Below, one piece after another: positions 47,690 through 57,133 of a stretch of DNA of 64,000 bases (its first letter is position 1; each line of letters starts with the position of its first letter). Position numbers and translations under genes: made by a program. Origin of the DNA: Verrucomicrobiia bacterium (GTDB lineage: Bacteria; Verrucomicrobiota; Verrucomicrobiia; Limisphaerales; UBA1319); contig OY760937.1 in the NCBI GenBank assembly GCA_963664225.1, positions 1,184,001 to 1,248,000 on the forward strand, read 5' to 3'. The notes beneath the pieces were generated by a model. That model ran no database searches. It saw nothing but the letters and a program-made list of their open reading frames with translations, and was not told where the DNA came from.

Positions 47690-49171
47690 ATGGGAAAGCC
47701 GACAGGATTTTTAGAGTATTTTCGCGAGGTGCCCGCGGATCGTGCGCCTCAGGAGCGCATCCGCGATTGGAAGGAATATCACCTGCACATGCCCGAGGAC
47801 GATCTGCGCAAACAAGGCGCCCGTTGCATGGATTGCGGGACGCCGTTCTGCCATACGGGCATGCTGCTGGCGGGCATGGCTTCGGGCTGCCCCATCAATA
47901 ACCTCATTCCTGAGTGGAATGACCTGGTTTTTCGCGGCCTGTGGCGGGAGGCTCTGGATCGGCTCCACAAAACGAATAACTTCCCCGAGTTCACCGGTCG
48001 GGTGTGTCCGGCTCCCTGCGAGGGCGCCTGCAATCTGGGTTTGATCGAAAAGCCGGTGACGATCAAAAACATCGAGTGTTCGATCATCGACAGGGCTTTT
48101 GCCGAAGGCTGGGTTCAATCGGAAACGCCGATTAAAAGAACAGGCAGGAAAGTCGCCGTGGTGGGTTCCGGCCCGGCGGGCCTGGCCTGCGCCGAGCAAT
48201 TGAACAAGGCGGGTCATCAAGTCACCGTTTTTGAACGCGCGGATCGTATTGGCGGTTTGCTCATGTACGGCATTCCGAACATGAAACTGGACAAAGCCGT
48301 CGTGCAGCGCCGGGTCGATCTGATGGCGAAGGCGGGTATTGAATTCGTCACAAAGACAGAGGTCGGCGGGAATTATCCGGCCGAGAATTTGTTAAAGCAA
48401 TTCGATGCCGCCGTTTTGTGCGGTGGAGCGACCAAGCCGCGTGATTTGAACGTGGAGGGCCGACATCTCAAGGGCGTCCATTTTGCAATGGAATTTCTCA
48501 CCGCCAATACCAGGAGTCTGTTGGATGGGGGACAGTTCAATCCACCCATCTCCGCAACTGGCAAAAATGTGGTCGTGATTGGTGGCGGCGACACCGGCAC
48601 GGACTGCGTGGGAACCTCGATGCGCCATGGATGCCGCAGTCTGGTTCAGTTGGAGATCATGCCTCAGCCGCCCATGGAACGGACGAAGGACAATCCGTGG
48701 CCGCAATGGCCCAAGGTCTATAAAATGGATTATGGCCAGGAAGAAGCCGCTGCGGCCTATGGAGCCGATCCGAGGGTTTATCTGGTGACCACCAAGAAAT
48801 TCTTGGGAGACGAATCCGGGGCTGTCACCGGTGTTCAAACCGTTCTTGTGCAGTGGATCAAGGATGACAAGGGCCGGTTTATGCCCAAGGAAGTTGCGGG
48901 CAGTGAAAAGGTCATTCCGGCGGAGTTGGTGCTTCTGGCAATGGGTTTTCTGGGGCCTGAAGACACGCTGCTCCAGCCCCTGGGAATCATCCGTGATGAG
49001 CGTTCGAACGCGAAGGCGGCTCACGGTAAGTTCGCAACGAATTTGAAGGGCATTTTTGCGGCGGGCGACATGCGGCGTGGTCAGAGCCTTGTGGTCTGGG
49101 CGATCAACGAGGGTCGCGGCGCTGCCAGGGAATGCGATCGTTTTCTCATGGGTGGCACGCAATTGCCATAG
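47690..49171 (+). CDS. gltD: Glutamate synthase small subunit
   Basis: [52 protein letters not shown]. Confidence 0.97.
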   Translation: MGKPTGFLEYFREVPADRAPQERIRDWKEYHLHMPEDDLRKQGARCMDCGTPFCHTGMLLAGMASGCPINNLIPEWNDLVFRGLWREALDRLHKTNNFPEFTGRVCPAPCEGACNLGLIEKPVTIKNIECSIIDRAFAEGWVQSETPIKRTGRKVAVVGSGPAGLACAEQLNKAGHQVTVFERADRIGGLLMYGIPNMKLDKAVVQRRVDLMAKAGIEFVTKTEVGGNYPAENLLKQFDAAVLCGGATKPRDLNVEGRHLKGVHFAMEFLTANTRSLLDGGQFNPPISATGKNVVVIGGGDTGTDCVGTSMRHGCRSLVQLEIMPQPPMERTKDNPWPQWPKVYKMDYGQEEAAAAYGADPRVYLVTTKKFLGDESGAVTGVQTVLVQWIKDDKGRFMPKEVAGSEKVIPAELVLLAMGFLGPEDTLLQPLGIIRDERSNAKAAHGKFATNLKGIFAAGDMRRGQSLVVWAINEGRGAARECDRFLMGGTQLP

Positions 49172-49220
49172 CCAGAAAGTGCGGGGCCGCCGCTTTGAAG
49201 GGAGGCGGCCTTGAATTGTC

Positions 49221-49267
49221 AGCGTCCGGTTGAAGAATTCTTTTTTAACGCCGGACGCTTTTCTTTT
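49221..49267 (+). terminator. Intrinsic terminator after gltBD
   Basis: AGCGTCCGG...CCGGACGCT followed by TTTCTTTT; a second hairpin GGCCGCC...GGCGGCC lies just upstream (~49185-49210). Confidence 0.65.
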
Positions 49268-49277
49268 GCAAATGGCC

Positions 49278-49306
49278 ATGACATTGGTTGGGCGTCTTCG
49301 TATAAT
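49278..49306 (+). promoter_or_regulatory. Putative sigma70 promoter giving a leaderless tyrA transcript
   Basis: ATGACA-N17-TATAAT, ATG 6 nt downstream, no SD. Confidence 0.6.
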
Positions 49307-49312
49307 TTGGAC

Positions 49313-50203
49313 ATGCTATTCCAGAAAATCACCCTGATTGGAGTTGGGTTGCTGGGCGGTTCACTGGGACTTGCGGTGAAGCAGAAAGGCCTGGCGGAAA
49401 AAATCGATGGGTATGTGCGCCGCACGGCCAGTATTGCGGAGTGTATCAGCATGGGTGTGGTGGACCATGCCACGCGGGATTTGCAGCGAGCCGTCGAAAA
49501 CGCCGATCTGGTCGTCCTTTGCACACCGATTTCCCGAATGCGGGCGCTGGTTGAGCAAATGTTGCCGGCGCTCAAACAGGGCGCCATCGTCACGGATGTG
49601 GGCAGTGTGAAAGAATCAGTGGAAGAGGAGTTGGAACCCATCGTAAACCGGACCGGAGCCCATTTTGTCGGAAGTCATCCAATGGCCGGTGCGGAAAAGA
49701 TCGGGGTCAGCGCGGCGCGTGTCGACTTGTTTGAGGGATGTCACTGCGTGGTGACGCCCACGAAGCACTCGGATGCCGGGGCCGTGGACAAGGTGGAATT
49801 ATTCTGGCAATGCGTGGGCGCGCGCGTTTTGCGACTCTCACCCGGGGCTCATGATGAATTGGTGAGTCGGTCGAGTCATTTGCCCCACATCGTTGCTGCG
49901 GAATTGGCCAATTATGTCTTAAGTCCGGCCCATCCCAAAGAGCAGGCGCTGGTCTGCGCATCCGGCTTTCGGGATACAACCCGCATTGCCTCGGGTTCAC
50001 CGGAGATGTGGAAGGATATTGCCTTGGGCAATCGCGCCAATTTATCCCGCGCGCTGAGAGTGTTCATTGACGATTTGGAGGAGTTTCAAATTGCGCTCGC
50101 CAATCAGGATGAGGCTTCAATTCTGGAATTTTTTGAGAAGGCAAAGTCGCGCCGCGATCACTGGGTCGGTCGCAACGAGCCTTCCTCGGGAGAAACGGTC
50201 TAG
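49313..50203 (+). CDS. tyrA: Prephenate/arogenate dehydrogenase
   Basis: IGVGLLGGS, DVGSVK, HPMAGAE, SHLPH, GFRDTTRIA. Confidence 0.93.
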   Translation: MLFQKITLIGVGLLGGSLGLAVKQKGLAEKIDGYVRRTASIAECISMGVVDHATRDLQRAVENADLVVLCTPISRMRALVEQMLPALKQGAIVTDVGSVKESVEEELEPIVNRTGAHFVGSHPMAGAEKIGVSAARVDLFEGCHCVVTPTKHSDAGAVDKVELFWQCVGARVLRLSPGAHDELVSRSSHLPHIVAAELANYVLSPAHPKEQALVCASGFRDTTRIASGSPEMWKDIALGNRANLSRALRVFIDDLEEFQIALANQDEASILEFFEKAKSRRDHWVGRNEPSSGETV

Positions 50204-50208
50204 CCATC

Positions 50209-51525
50209 ATGGGACTGCCTGACGTCATTTCAATCCATCCGCCATCCCGTCCGGTCACAGCCGGCATTAGTGTCCCCGGCTCCAAAAGCATCACGAACCG
50301 GGCATTGATTCTGGCGGCGCTGGCTTCCGGACGCACCGTGTTAAGGGGTGCGCTTTGGAGCGATGATACGCAGGTGATGGTGGATTGCCTCCGAATCCTG
50401 GGGTTTGGAATTCAGGTTGAACCGGATTCTCTCGTGGCCTGCAATCGCACCATCGTCATTGATGGCTTGGCGGGACGGGTTCCACCGGGCGGCACACGGG
50501 AGAAACCCGTTGAATTATTTGTTGGAAACGCAGGCACCGCGGCCCGTTTTTTGGCGGCCATGCTTTGTCTCGGATCTGGAGTTTACAGATTGCATGGCGT
50601 GGCCCGGATGCATGAGCGTCCGCAAAAGGCTTTGTTCGAAGCCTTGCGCCAGTTGGGCTATCGCATCGAATCAACCCAGGACAAACTCCCGGCATTGATT
50701 CACGGTGCGGGACCGCTTCCCGGAGATTGTTCGGTCAGTGTGATGGAGAGTTCTCAATTCGCATCAGCCCTTTATCTGGCATCGGAAAACGGCCATTGGC
50801 GGGTGAAAACGACTGGGGATAATGACGAGGAATCGCGCTATGTCACGATGACCACGCAAATGTTGAAAAGCTTTCCACGCGCAGGCGGAGATTTTGTGGT
50901 GGAACCGGATGCCTCCAGTGGCAGCTATTTTCAGGCGGCCCATATCTTGATGAATTTGGCGGGCCTTTCGCGGAATGAGAACACGGTCTTGGAAGACGCC
51001 CCTTTCTCGGATATCCATGTGGCACAATGGCCGGTTTCGGGCTGGCAGATTGACGCGGCTTTTGCAAATTTCTGGCCTCTCCCGGACCATGTCTCCCGCC
51101 AGCGCGACTTGGGCGACAGCATTTTGACGGCGATGATTTTGGCGCCCTTTGGATCCAAGGTGACGCGCTTTGAGGATCTGGGACGCCTTCGCGTGCAGGA
51201 ATGCGAAAGGGTTGCCGCCATGCGCACGGAATTGACGCGTTGTGGCGCGCGCGTGGAGGAGGCCGGTGATACGCTGTCCGTCTGGCCATCCAAAATGCAC
51301 GGAGCGCAAGTCGAAACCTATGGGGATCATCGCATGGCCATGTGCTTTGCCACACTGGGATTGGTGGTTCCGGGTATGCGCATCCTTGATCCCGCCTGCG
51401 TGAAGAAGACGTTTCCCAACTTTTTTCAGATACTCGCCTGCAAGCCGCCCAGCGGATTGGGCGCAACAATTTTCAACGCTCGAACGGGCCTGATATTGTC
51501 AGAGGAAGATTTATTTGCTCAATAA
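50209..51525 (+). CDS. aroA: EPSP synthase (3-phosphoshikimate 1-carboxyvinyltransferase), divergent
   Basis: PGSKSITNRAL, GNAGTAARF, SSQFAS, EPDASS, DHRMAM, KKTFP. Confidence 0.9.
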   Translation: MGLPDVISIHPPSRPVTAGISVPGSKSITNRALILAALASGRTVLRGALWSDDTQVMVDCLRILGFGIQVEPDSLVACNRTIVIDGLAGRVPPGGTREKPVELFVGNAGTAARFLAAMLCLGSGVYRLHGVARMHERPQKALFEALRQLGYRIESTQDKLPALIHGAGPLPGDCSVSVMESSQFASALYLASENGHWRVKTTGDNDEESRYVTMTTQMLKSFPRAGGDFVVEPDASSGSYFQAAHILMNLAGLSRNENTVLEDAPFSDIHVAQWPVSGWQIDAAFANFWPLPDHVSRQRDLGDSILTAMILAPFGSKVTRFEDLGRLRVQECERVAAMRTELTRCGARVEEAGDTLSVWPSKMHGAQVETYGDHRMAMCFATLGLVVPGMRILDPACVKKTFPNFFQILACKPPSGLGATIFNARTGLILSEEDLFAQ

Positions 51526-51526
51526 C

Positions 51527-52189
51527 ATGCAAGAACCGATTGTGATTGCCATCGATGGCACCAGTGCCAGCGGCAAGAGCACCAATGCGAAATTGGTGGC
51601 TGCCGCCATGGGTTTCACCTATGTGGATACGGGGGCGATGTATCGCACCCTGGCTTGGTATTGTTTGAAGAACAATATCAGTGTCGATGATGGCCAGGCG
51701 GTCGCCAATGCTTGTCGGCGTTGGAAGACCAAACTGGTTTGCGAGGCTAGGCAGGTGAGACTTTTGGTCGATGGCTACTATCCGGCAACCGAAATCCGGA
51801 CCTCCGAAACGAGCGCCGCCGTGGCTCGAGTGGCCGCAGTTCCCAAGGTGCGGGAGTGGATGAAGAAGAAGCAGCGCGAATGCGCTCTCTTCGGCGATCT
51901 GGTGATGGAAGGCCGGGATATTGGTTCCAATGTGTTTCCCGAAACCGATTATAAATTCTACCTCGATGCAACCTTGGGTGAACGTTCCAGACGGCGCGAA
52001 GCCGAAGGCGTGCTTGAAAATCTGGCCGAACGCGATAAACGGGACAGTCAACGGGCGACCGCTCCATTAATGATCCCGCTGGGGGCCATGGTGATCAATA
52101 ACTCCGACATGACTTCGGAGCAAACGAGCGCATTGATCATTGCCGAGATGAAACGTCGGTTGACCGCGGAGGGAGGCCGCTCCCGGTGA
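51527..52189 (+). CDS. cmk: Cytidylate kinase
   Basis: IAIDGTSASGKST, DTGAMYR, VMEGRDIG, RDKRDSQR. Confidence 0.94.
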   Translation: MQEPIVIAIDGTSASGKSTNAKLVAAAMGFTYVDTGAMYRTLAWYCLKNNISVDDGQAVANACRRWKTKLVCEARQVRLLVDGYYPATEIRTSETSAAVARVAAVPKVREWMKKKQRECALFGDLVMEGRDIGSNVFPETDYKFYLDATLGERSRRREAEGVLENLAERDKRDSQRATAPLMIPLGAMVINNSDMTSEQTSALIIAEMKRRLTAEGGRSR

Positions 52190-52836
52190 GTAGGGGCATG
52201 AACTTGAGTTACACGATCGGGTGGCATTGCTTTCGCGCCATTTTGCTCGTGTACTTTCGATGGAAAACATACAACTATGAGCGTGTTCCGCTAACCGGTC
52301 CGGTCATTCTCGCCTCCAGCCACACCAGTTTTCTCGATCCACCCCTGGTGGGGGTGGCCATTCACCGGACCATCAATTATCTCGCTCGCGAGTCCCTCTT
52401 CCGATTTCCGATCATGGGGTGGGTATTGCGTTCGTGGAGTTGCGTTCCGGTGAATCGGGAAGGTGGAGGCGCTTCCGGTCTTAGGGCGATTCTGGATCGC
52501 CTGCACCGCGGAGGAGCTATTTTACTGTTTCCTGAAGGCACCCGATCCCCTGATGGAAAGCTGCAACAGGCCCGTGCCGGCGTGGGTTTAACGGTCATCA
52601 AATCCAGCGCTCCAGTCATTCCTGTGCGGGTGTTTGGCACTTATGAGGCGTATGGCAGGCATATGGTAATTCCCAGGCCCTACCGGGTCGCCGTCAAATA
52701 TGGCCACCCATTGGATTTCAAGGCCCTTCGGGCGGAAGCGGCGGTATGCGATAAACCGCGTTTAAAGGCGATTCACCAACAGGTGGCCGATGAAATCATG
52801 GCGGCGATCGCCGCCTTGCAGCCCGGATGGGATTGA
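52186..52836 (+). CDS. plsC: 1-acyl-sn-glycerol-3-phosphate acyltransferase
   Basis: HTSFLD (HX4D), FPEGTRS; GTGA overlap with cmk. Confidence 0.88.
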   Translation: MSRGMNLSYTIGWHCFRAILLVYFRWKTYNYERVPLTGPVILASSHTSFLDPPLVGVAIHRTINYLARESLFRFPIMGWVLRSWSCVPVNREGGGASGLRAILDRLHRGGAILLFPEGTRSPDGKLQQARAGVGLTVIKSSAPVIPVRVFGTYEAYGRHMVIPRPYRVAVKYGHPLDFKALRAEAAVCDKPRLKAIHQQVADEIMAAIAALQPGWD

Positions 52837-52920
52837 CTGGAGCTGCTCCAAATAGAGGTTCAAGCAGGGCGTGCAGTCAGCCGCCGTCCGTGATCAGGAC
52901 GCACATCAATGCGGTCCTTT

Positions 52921-53565
52921 GTATGATCGGGTCGGGTGCCAGGGATTTCGCCCCGGCACCCTCCCACACCACCGGACGTGCGGTTTTCTCGCATCCGGCG
53001 GTTGGAACATTCAGAGTTCTTCCTTCCCAGTCGTGCAGACATGTGACCCCGGAATACTTCGACGGGTTGGGCGCTTCCAGCGTTGGGCCCGCCGTTTGCC
53101 AGTGCCAGGATGGTAACCGTAATTGTTGCGTCCTGTTGCTTCATTCCATCACTCGTCCTCATGTCCAACGCCTTGGTTGGCTCCGTTTGTTCCTTCGGCC
53201 CTTCGCTCCTCCCGGCTTTCACCGGGCCTCATCACTACTATGGCCTCTGCTGACTTCTGTCCCGCTCTCACGGGACAGATCTCTCTGGGTCGGTATTGAC
53301 TCTGTCGGCGCGCGCCGCCGGGCTCTACCTGATGCGTTTGGATGACCTTTGGGTTTCGCCGTTACTCGCCAGCTAACCCACGCACCCGGCCTCACTGCCC
53401 GTTCGTGTTCCTACGGTCGCGCCTTTGCTCTCGGCCCTTTCGCGTCCGACCCTCGCGGATCGAACCTGGCCTACCGCTACGGTTGGCGTCACCGCCCCCG
53501 TTGGGCTCCTTTCATCCCAATAGATCCAATACCTGCCAGACACACGAGTCCCGGCTTCAGCCGGG
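52921..53565 (+). repeat. REP-like palindromic element split by the intron (left piece 52921-52925, right piece 53546-53565)
   Basis: Removing the intron rejoins GTATG|GAGT-CCCGGC-TTCA-GCCGGG: a short conserved-looking foot plus GC hairpin, with no poly-T tail. Confidence 0.6.
52926..53545 (-). mobile_element. ORF-less class IIC group II intron (620 nt)
   Basis: Minus strand: 5' GUGUG; IIC-type DII/DIII junction AGAAGUCAGCAGAGGCCAUAGUAG...AGCGAAGGGCCGAA; DV ACCGCCGGAUGCG-AGAAAAC-CGCACGUCCGGUGGU with CGC triad (52968-53002); DVI stem with A at -7 (52932) and 3' end CCGAU; no RT ORF fits in the ~190-nt DIV. Confidence 0.9.
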
Positions 53566-53650
53566 GCGGCCATCGCATCGCAGAAGCGCTGGAAGTCGGC
53601 CATCCCCTCGAAATTCAAATTCCCGCTGAATGCTCCCCCCATCTTCCGTG

Positions 53651-53746
53651 CAACCCGGAACGGGTTGTAATCATTCAGACCCGGGTTGCCCGCCGAGGGC
53701 TACCCGGGGTCCCACGTCCCTCAGAAGTCCAACGCTGTAGGCGTTG
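53651..53746. repeat. Cluster of three short palindromes (second REP/BIME-like unit)
   Basis: CAACCCG-GAA-CGGGTTG; CCCGGGTTGCCC-GCCGA-GGGCTACCCGGG; CAACGC-TGTAG-GCGTTG. Confidence 0.6.
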
Positions 53747-53821
53747 AATCAAATCCCATTCCCATCTGACTAGCGTTTATCAATTGTCAATTATCCATTC
53801 ATCATTCCCATTATCCATTCA

Positions 53822-54808
53822 TCAAGGAGCGTCCTGATCCAATTCCGAGGTTTTCATTTGAGCGGCCTCGAGCTTTATGTAATTAAGGAGGACGGGGGCA
53901 AGAATCATTCCCGTAATGCCCATGAGCCTTTCACCGACAATCAATCCAATAAGCGTGAGCCAGACCGGGTTGTTGATCCGTTCCCCAATGATTTTGCTGT
54001 TCAGAAAATACTCAAGTTTGTGAATCGTGATCAGGAAGGCCAGAGCCCAAAGAGCCAGGTTGGGGCTGACCGTGAAAGCGACACCGACGATGATTGAATT
54101 GCTGATCAAATTCCCGGCAATGGGTACCAATCCACAAAAGAACGTGGTGAGAATGACCAATGGGCCGAAAGGAAGGTGCGCGATCAGGATAAATATTGAG
54201 GTTAATCCGGTATTGATGGTGGAAATTGTTAATTGGGCGCCCATCACGGTTTCGAAGGATTCGTAAAGAGCGCGAAATCGATTGGCAATCTCGCTGGATG
54301 AGGCGGTATAAATATTGTTCTTGATCCGATAATTTCTACGGTTCAGATCCATCGCGGGACTTAGAAAAATGCTCACCGAGCCAACGATGCCGATAAGCAG
54401 AAATACGCATTGTTTTGCAGTCGCTTTGGCAAAGACAAAGATACTTAAGAACTGAAGCTCATTCTTCGCGTAATCCATGGTGAATGCCTTCAAGCTGATC
54501 ATATCCGTGAATGGAAGTTCCATTCCATGATCGCTGGCGAATTGGATGATCAAGGGAACTGCGGTGGCAAAAACCTTTGGCAACGTCTTTGCCGCATGAT
54601 CCACAAAATAAATCATCAGCGCGCCAACGATCGTAACGATGGCAATGTAGGCGCTGATGGTCAGCCACTTGTAACGCAATACCGTCAGTTTATTGAGGAC
54701 AAAGTAGCAAAACAGGGTGGTGATCAATAGCGTGCCCAACCCTCCCCATCCTGCGAGAACCAGAACTGCCCCGAGCAAAATATATGAGTTGCGCTTCGAC
54801 GATGTCAT
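53822..54808 (-). CDS. AI-2E family transporter
   Basis: Multi-TM; AQLTISTINT, LVPIAGNL, IHKLEYFLNSKIIG, GMILAP. Confidence 0.85.
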   Translation of the reverse strand: MTSSKRNSYILLGAVLVLAGWGGLGTLLITTLFCYFVLNKLTVLRYKWLTISAYIAIVTIVGALMIYFVDHAAKTLPKVFATAVPLIIQFASDHGMELPFTDMISLKAFTMDYAKNELQFLSIFVFAKATAKQCVFLLIGIVGSVSIFLSPAMDLNRRNYRIKNNIYTASSSEIANRFRALYESFETVMGAQLTISTINTGLTSIFILIAHLPFGPLVILTTFFCGLVPIAGNLISNSIIVGVAFTVSPNLALWALAFLITIHKLEYFLNSKIIGERINNPVWLTLIGLIVGERLMGITGMILAPVLLNYIKLEAAQMKTSELDQDAP

Positions 54809-54927
54809 TGCAGGCCGACTGTAGCATAGTGGCTTTGCAAAAACAATGAAATGTGGTCCGCTTGCAGGAATCAGGGACCGCCAGCGCACTGTAAGACGTT
54901 TGACATAAACAGTTAATGGGGTTTTGA

Positions 54928-56940
54928 TTACTCCTCTGACTGGCTTAGGCGCGCCAGGACGCTCAAGTCCTCCAGGGTTGTCGTGTCACCCTTGATTTCC
55001 GAGCCTGAGGCAATTTGCTTGAGCAGACGCCGCATAATCTTGCCGGACCGGGTCTTTGGCAGTGCTTCGGCAAATCGCATATCGTCAGGTTTGGCAAAGG
55101 CTCCGATTTCCCGGCTCACATGTTGACGCAATTCATCCCGAAGTTGTTGTGTCGCTTTAATGCCGGTTTTCAGCGTCACAAATGCGACTAAGGCTTGGCC
55201 TTTCAGATCGTCCGGTCTGCCGACAACGGCGGCTTCAGCTACTTTCTGGTTGCCCACCAGCGCGCTCTCGATTTCCGAGGTGCCGATCCGGTGACCGGCG
55301 ACATTGAGAACATCGTCGATGCGTCCCATGATCCAGAAATAACCGTCCTTGTCCCTGCGGCAGCCGTCCCCCGTGCAATATGCGTGGGCTACCTCATTCC
55401 AATACATCTCGCGGTATCTTTTTGGATCACCCCACAAACCGCGCAACATGCTTGGCCAGGGCTTTCGAATAACCAGTTTTCCACCTGTGTCAGCGGGCAC
55501 GGATTGCCCCTTGTCGTTCACGACATCGGGCAGGATTCCAAAGAAAGGTAGTGTGGCGGTGCCCGGTTTGGTGGGGATCGCGCCGGGCAGGGGTGAAATC
55601 ATGATGCTGCCGGTTTCTGTCTGCCACCACGTATCGACGATCGGGCAATGGCTCCCGCCAATGACCCGATGATACCACATCCAGGCCTCGGGATTGATCG
55701 GCTCGCCCACAGACCCCAGTAAACGCAGGGAGCTGAGATCATGTTTTGCAGGCCATTGTTCACCCCATTTCATGAAGGCGCGGATGGCCGTGGGAGCCGT
55801 GTAAAGTATCGTGACTCCATACTTTTCGATAATGCGCCAGAATCGATCGGGTTCGGGGAAATTGGGCGCCCCTTCATACATGAGCGTTGTCGCGCCGTTG
55901 GCCAGAGGCCCATAGACAACATAACTGTGCCCGGTCACCCAACCAATGTCCGCAGTACACCAGAAGAGGTCGGTGTCTTTGAGATCGAAAACGTATTTGG
56001 AGGTCATTTTTGCCCCCAACAGATAGCCTGCTGTGGTGTGAAAGACCCCCTTGGGTTTACCGGTGGAACCGCTGGTATAAAGAATAAAGAGCGGATCCTC
56101 ACTATTCATCTTTTCCGCCGGGCATTCCGCATTCACATATTCGAGTTCGCGATGCCACCATACATCCCGGCCTTCCTCGATATGGATTTCGTTGTAAGCC
56201 CGGCGCAATACAATGACCTTCTCAACGGATTTTCCCAGCAACCGGTCGTCTGCATCCGTCAATTTGAGGGCGTCATCCACATTCTTCTTGAGTTGCACAA
56301 TCGAGCCCCTCCGAAAACTCCCGTCCGCGGTGACGACGACACGGGCTGAACAGTCATGGACGCGATCAGCCACGGATTGAGCGCTGAAACCGCCAAAAAC
56401 AACCGAGTGAATCGCTCCAATGCGTGCGCAGGCCAGCATGGCGATCGCGGCCTCGGGAACCATGGGGAGATAGATGATGACGCGGTCGCCTTTCTTGACG
56501 TTATTTCGTTTGAGAACGTTGGCGAAACGGCAAACCTCGCGGTGCAACTGTTTATAGGTGATCACCCGTTGCTCACCCGGTTTGCTGACGGAGTCGGGTT
56601 CGCCTTCCCAGATAATGGCAGCCTTGTTCGCGGTGGCGGTATTCAGATGGCGATCCAGGCAATTGAAAGCGGCGTTCAACCGCCCACCATCAAACCAGCG
56701 CGCAAAGGGTTCTTTCCATTGGAGAACTTTGTTCCATGGCTTGCTCCACACCAACTCGGCTTTGGCATGACGTGCCCAGAATCGCTCCGGCTGTCGAATG
56801 GATTCCTGATACATCCGGCGGTATTGCTCCAACGATTGAATATGGGCCGCGGCGGAGAACGCTTTGGATGGCTTGAAGATCCGTTTTTCCTGGAGGACAG
56901 ACTCGATGCCGTGAAACTCGGGGTTATTTTGGTAACTCAT
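54928..56940 (-). CDS. acs: Acetyl-CoA synthetase
   Basis: [37 protein letters not shown]. Confidence 0.97.
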   Translation of the reverse strand: MSYQNNPEFHGIESVLQEKRIFKPSKAFSAAAHIQSLEQYRRMYQESIRQPERFWARHAKAELVWSKPWNKVLQWKEPFARWFDGGRLNAAFNCLDRHLNTATANKAAIIWEGEPDSVSKPGEQRVITYKQLHREVCRFANVLKRNNVKKGDRVIIYLPMVPEAAIAMLACARIGAIHSVVFGGFSAQSVADRVHDCSARVVVTADGSFRRGSIVQLKKNVDDALKLTDADDRLLGKSVEKVIVLRRAYNEIHIEEGRDVWWHRELEYVNAECPAEKMNSEDPLFILYTSGSTGKPKGVFHTTAGYLLGAKMTSKYVFDLKDTDLFWCTADIGWVTGHSYVVYGPLANGATTLMYEGAPNFPEPDRFWRIIEKYGVTILYTAPTAIRAFMKWGEQWPAKHDLSSLRLLGSVGEPINPEAWMWYHRVIGGSHCPIVDTWWQTETGSIMISPLPGAIPTKPGTATLPFFGILPDVVNDKGQSVPADTGGKLVIRKPWPSMLRGLWGDPKRYREMYWNEVAHAYCTGDGCRRDKDGYFWIMGRIDDVLNVAGHRIGTSEIESALVGNQKVAEAAVVGRPDDLKGQALVAFVTLKTGIKATQQLRDELRQHVSREIGAFAKPDDMRFAEALPKTRSGKIMRRLLKQIASGSEIKGDTTTLEDLSVLARLSQSEE

Positions 56941-57133
56941 ATCCGTGACATGCTTTGATTCCAAAAAACGCTAATGCAAGTAATAAGATAAACTACACTT
57001 AGTAATCGCATCCAATTTATAATTGTCAATGGACGCTTGCGGTGGAATTGGAGGCTGGGAATTTCCGCTTGCCGTTGTCTGGCTGCAAGGCCACATTGAA
57101 ATGAGTCGAGCATGTAGAGATTCAGAGCAAGAT

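Noticed and set aside
52827..53747. Short ORFs of 81-172 aa predicted in the plsC / AI-2E gap
   Set aside because: They overlap the intron RNA structure and palindromes; none has RT motifs such as YADD
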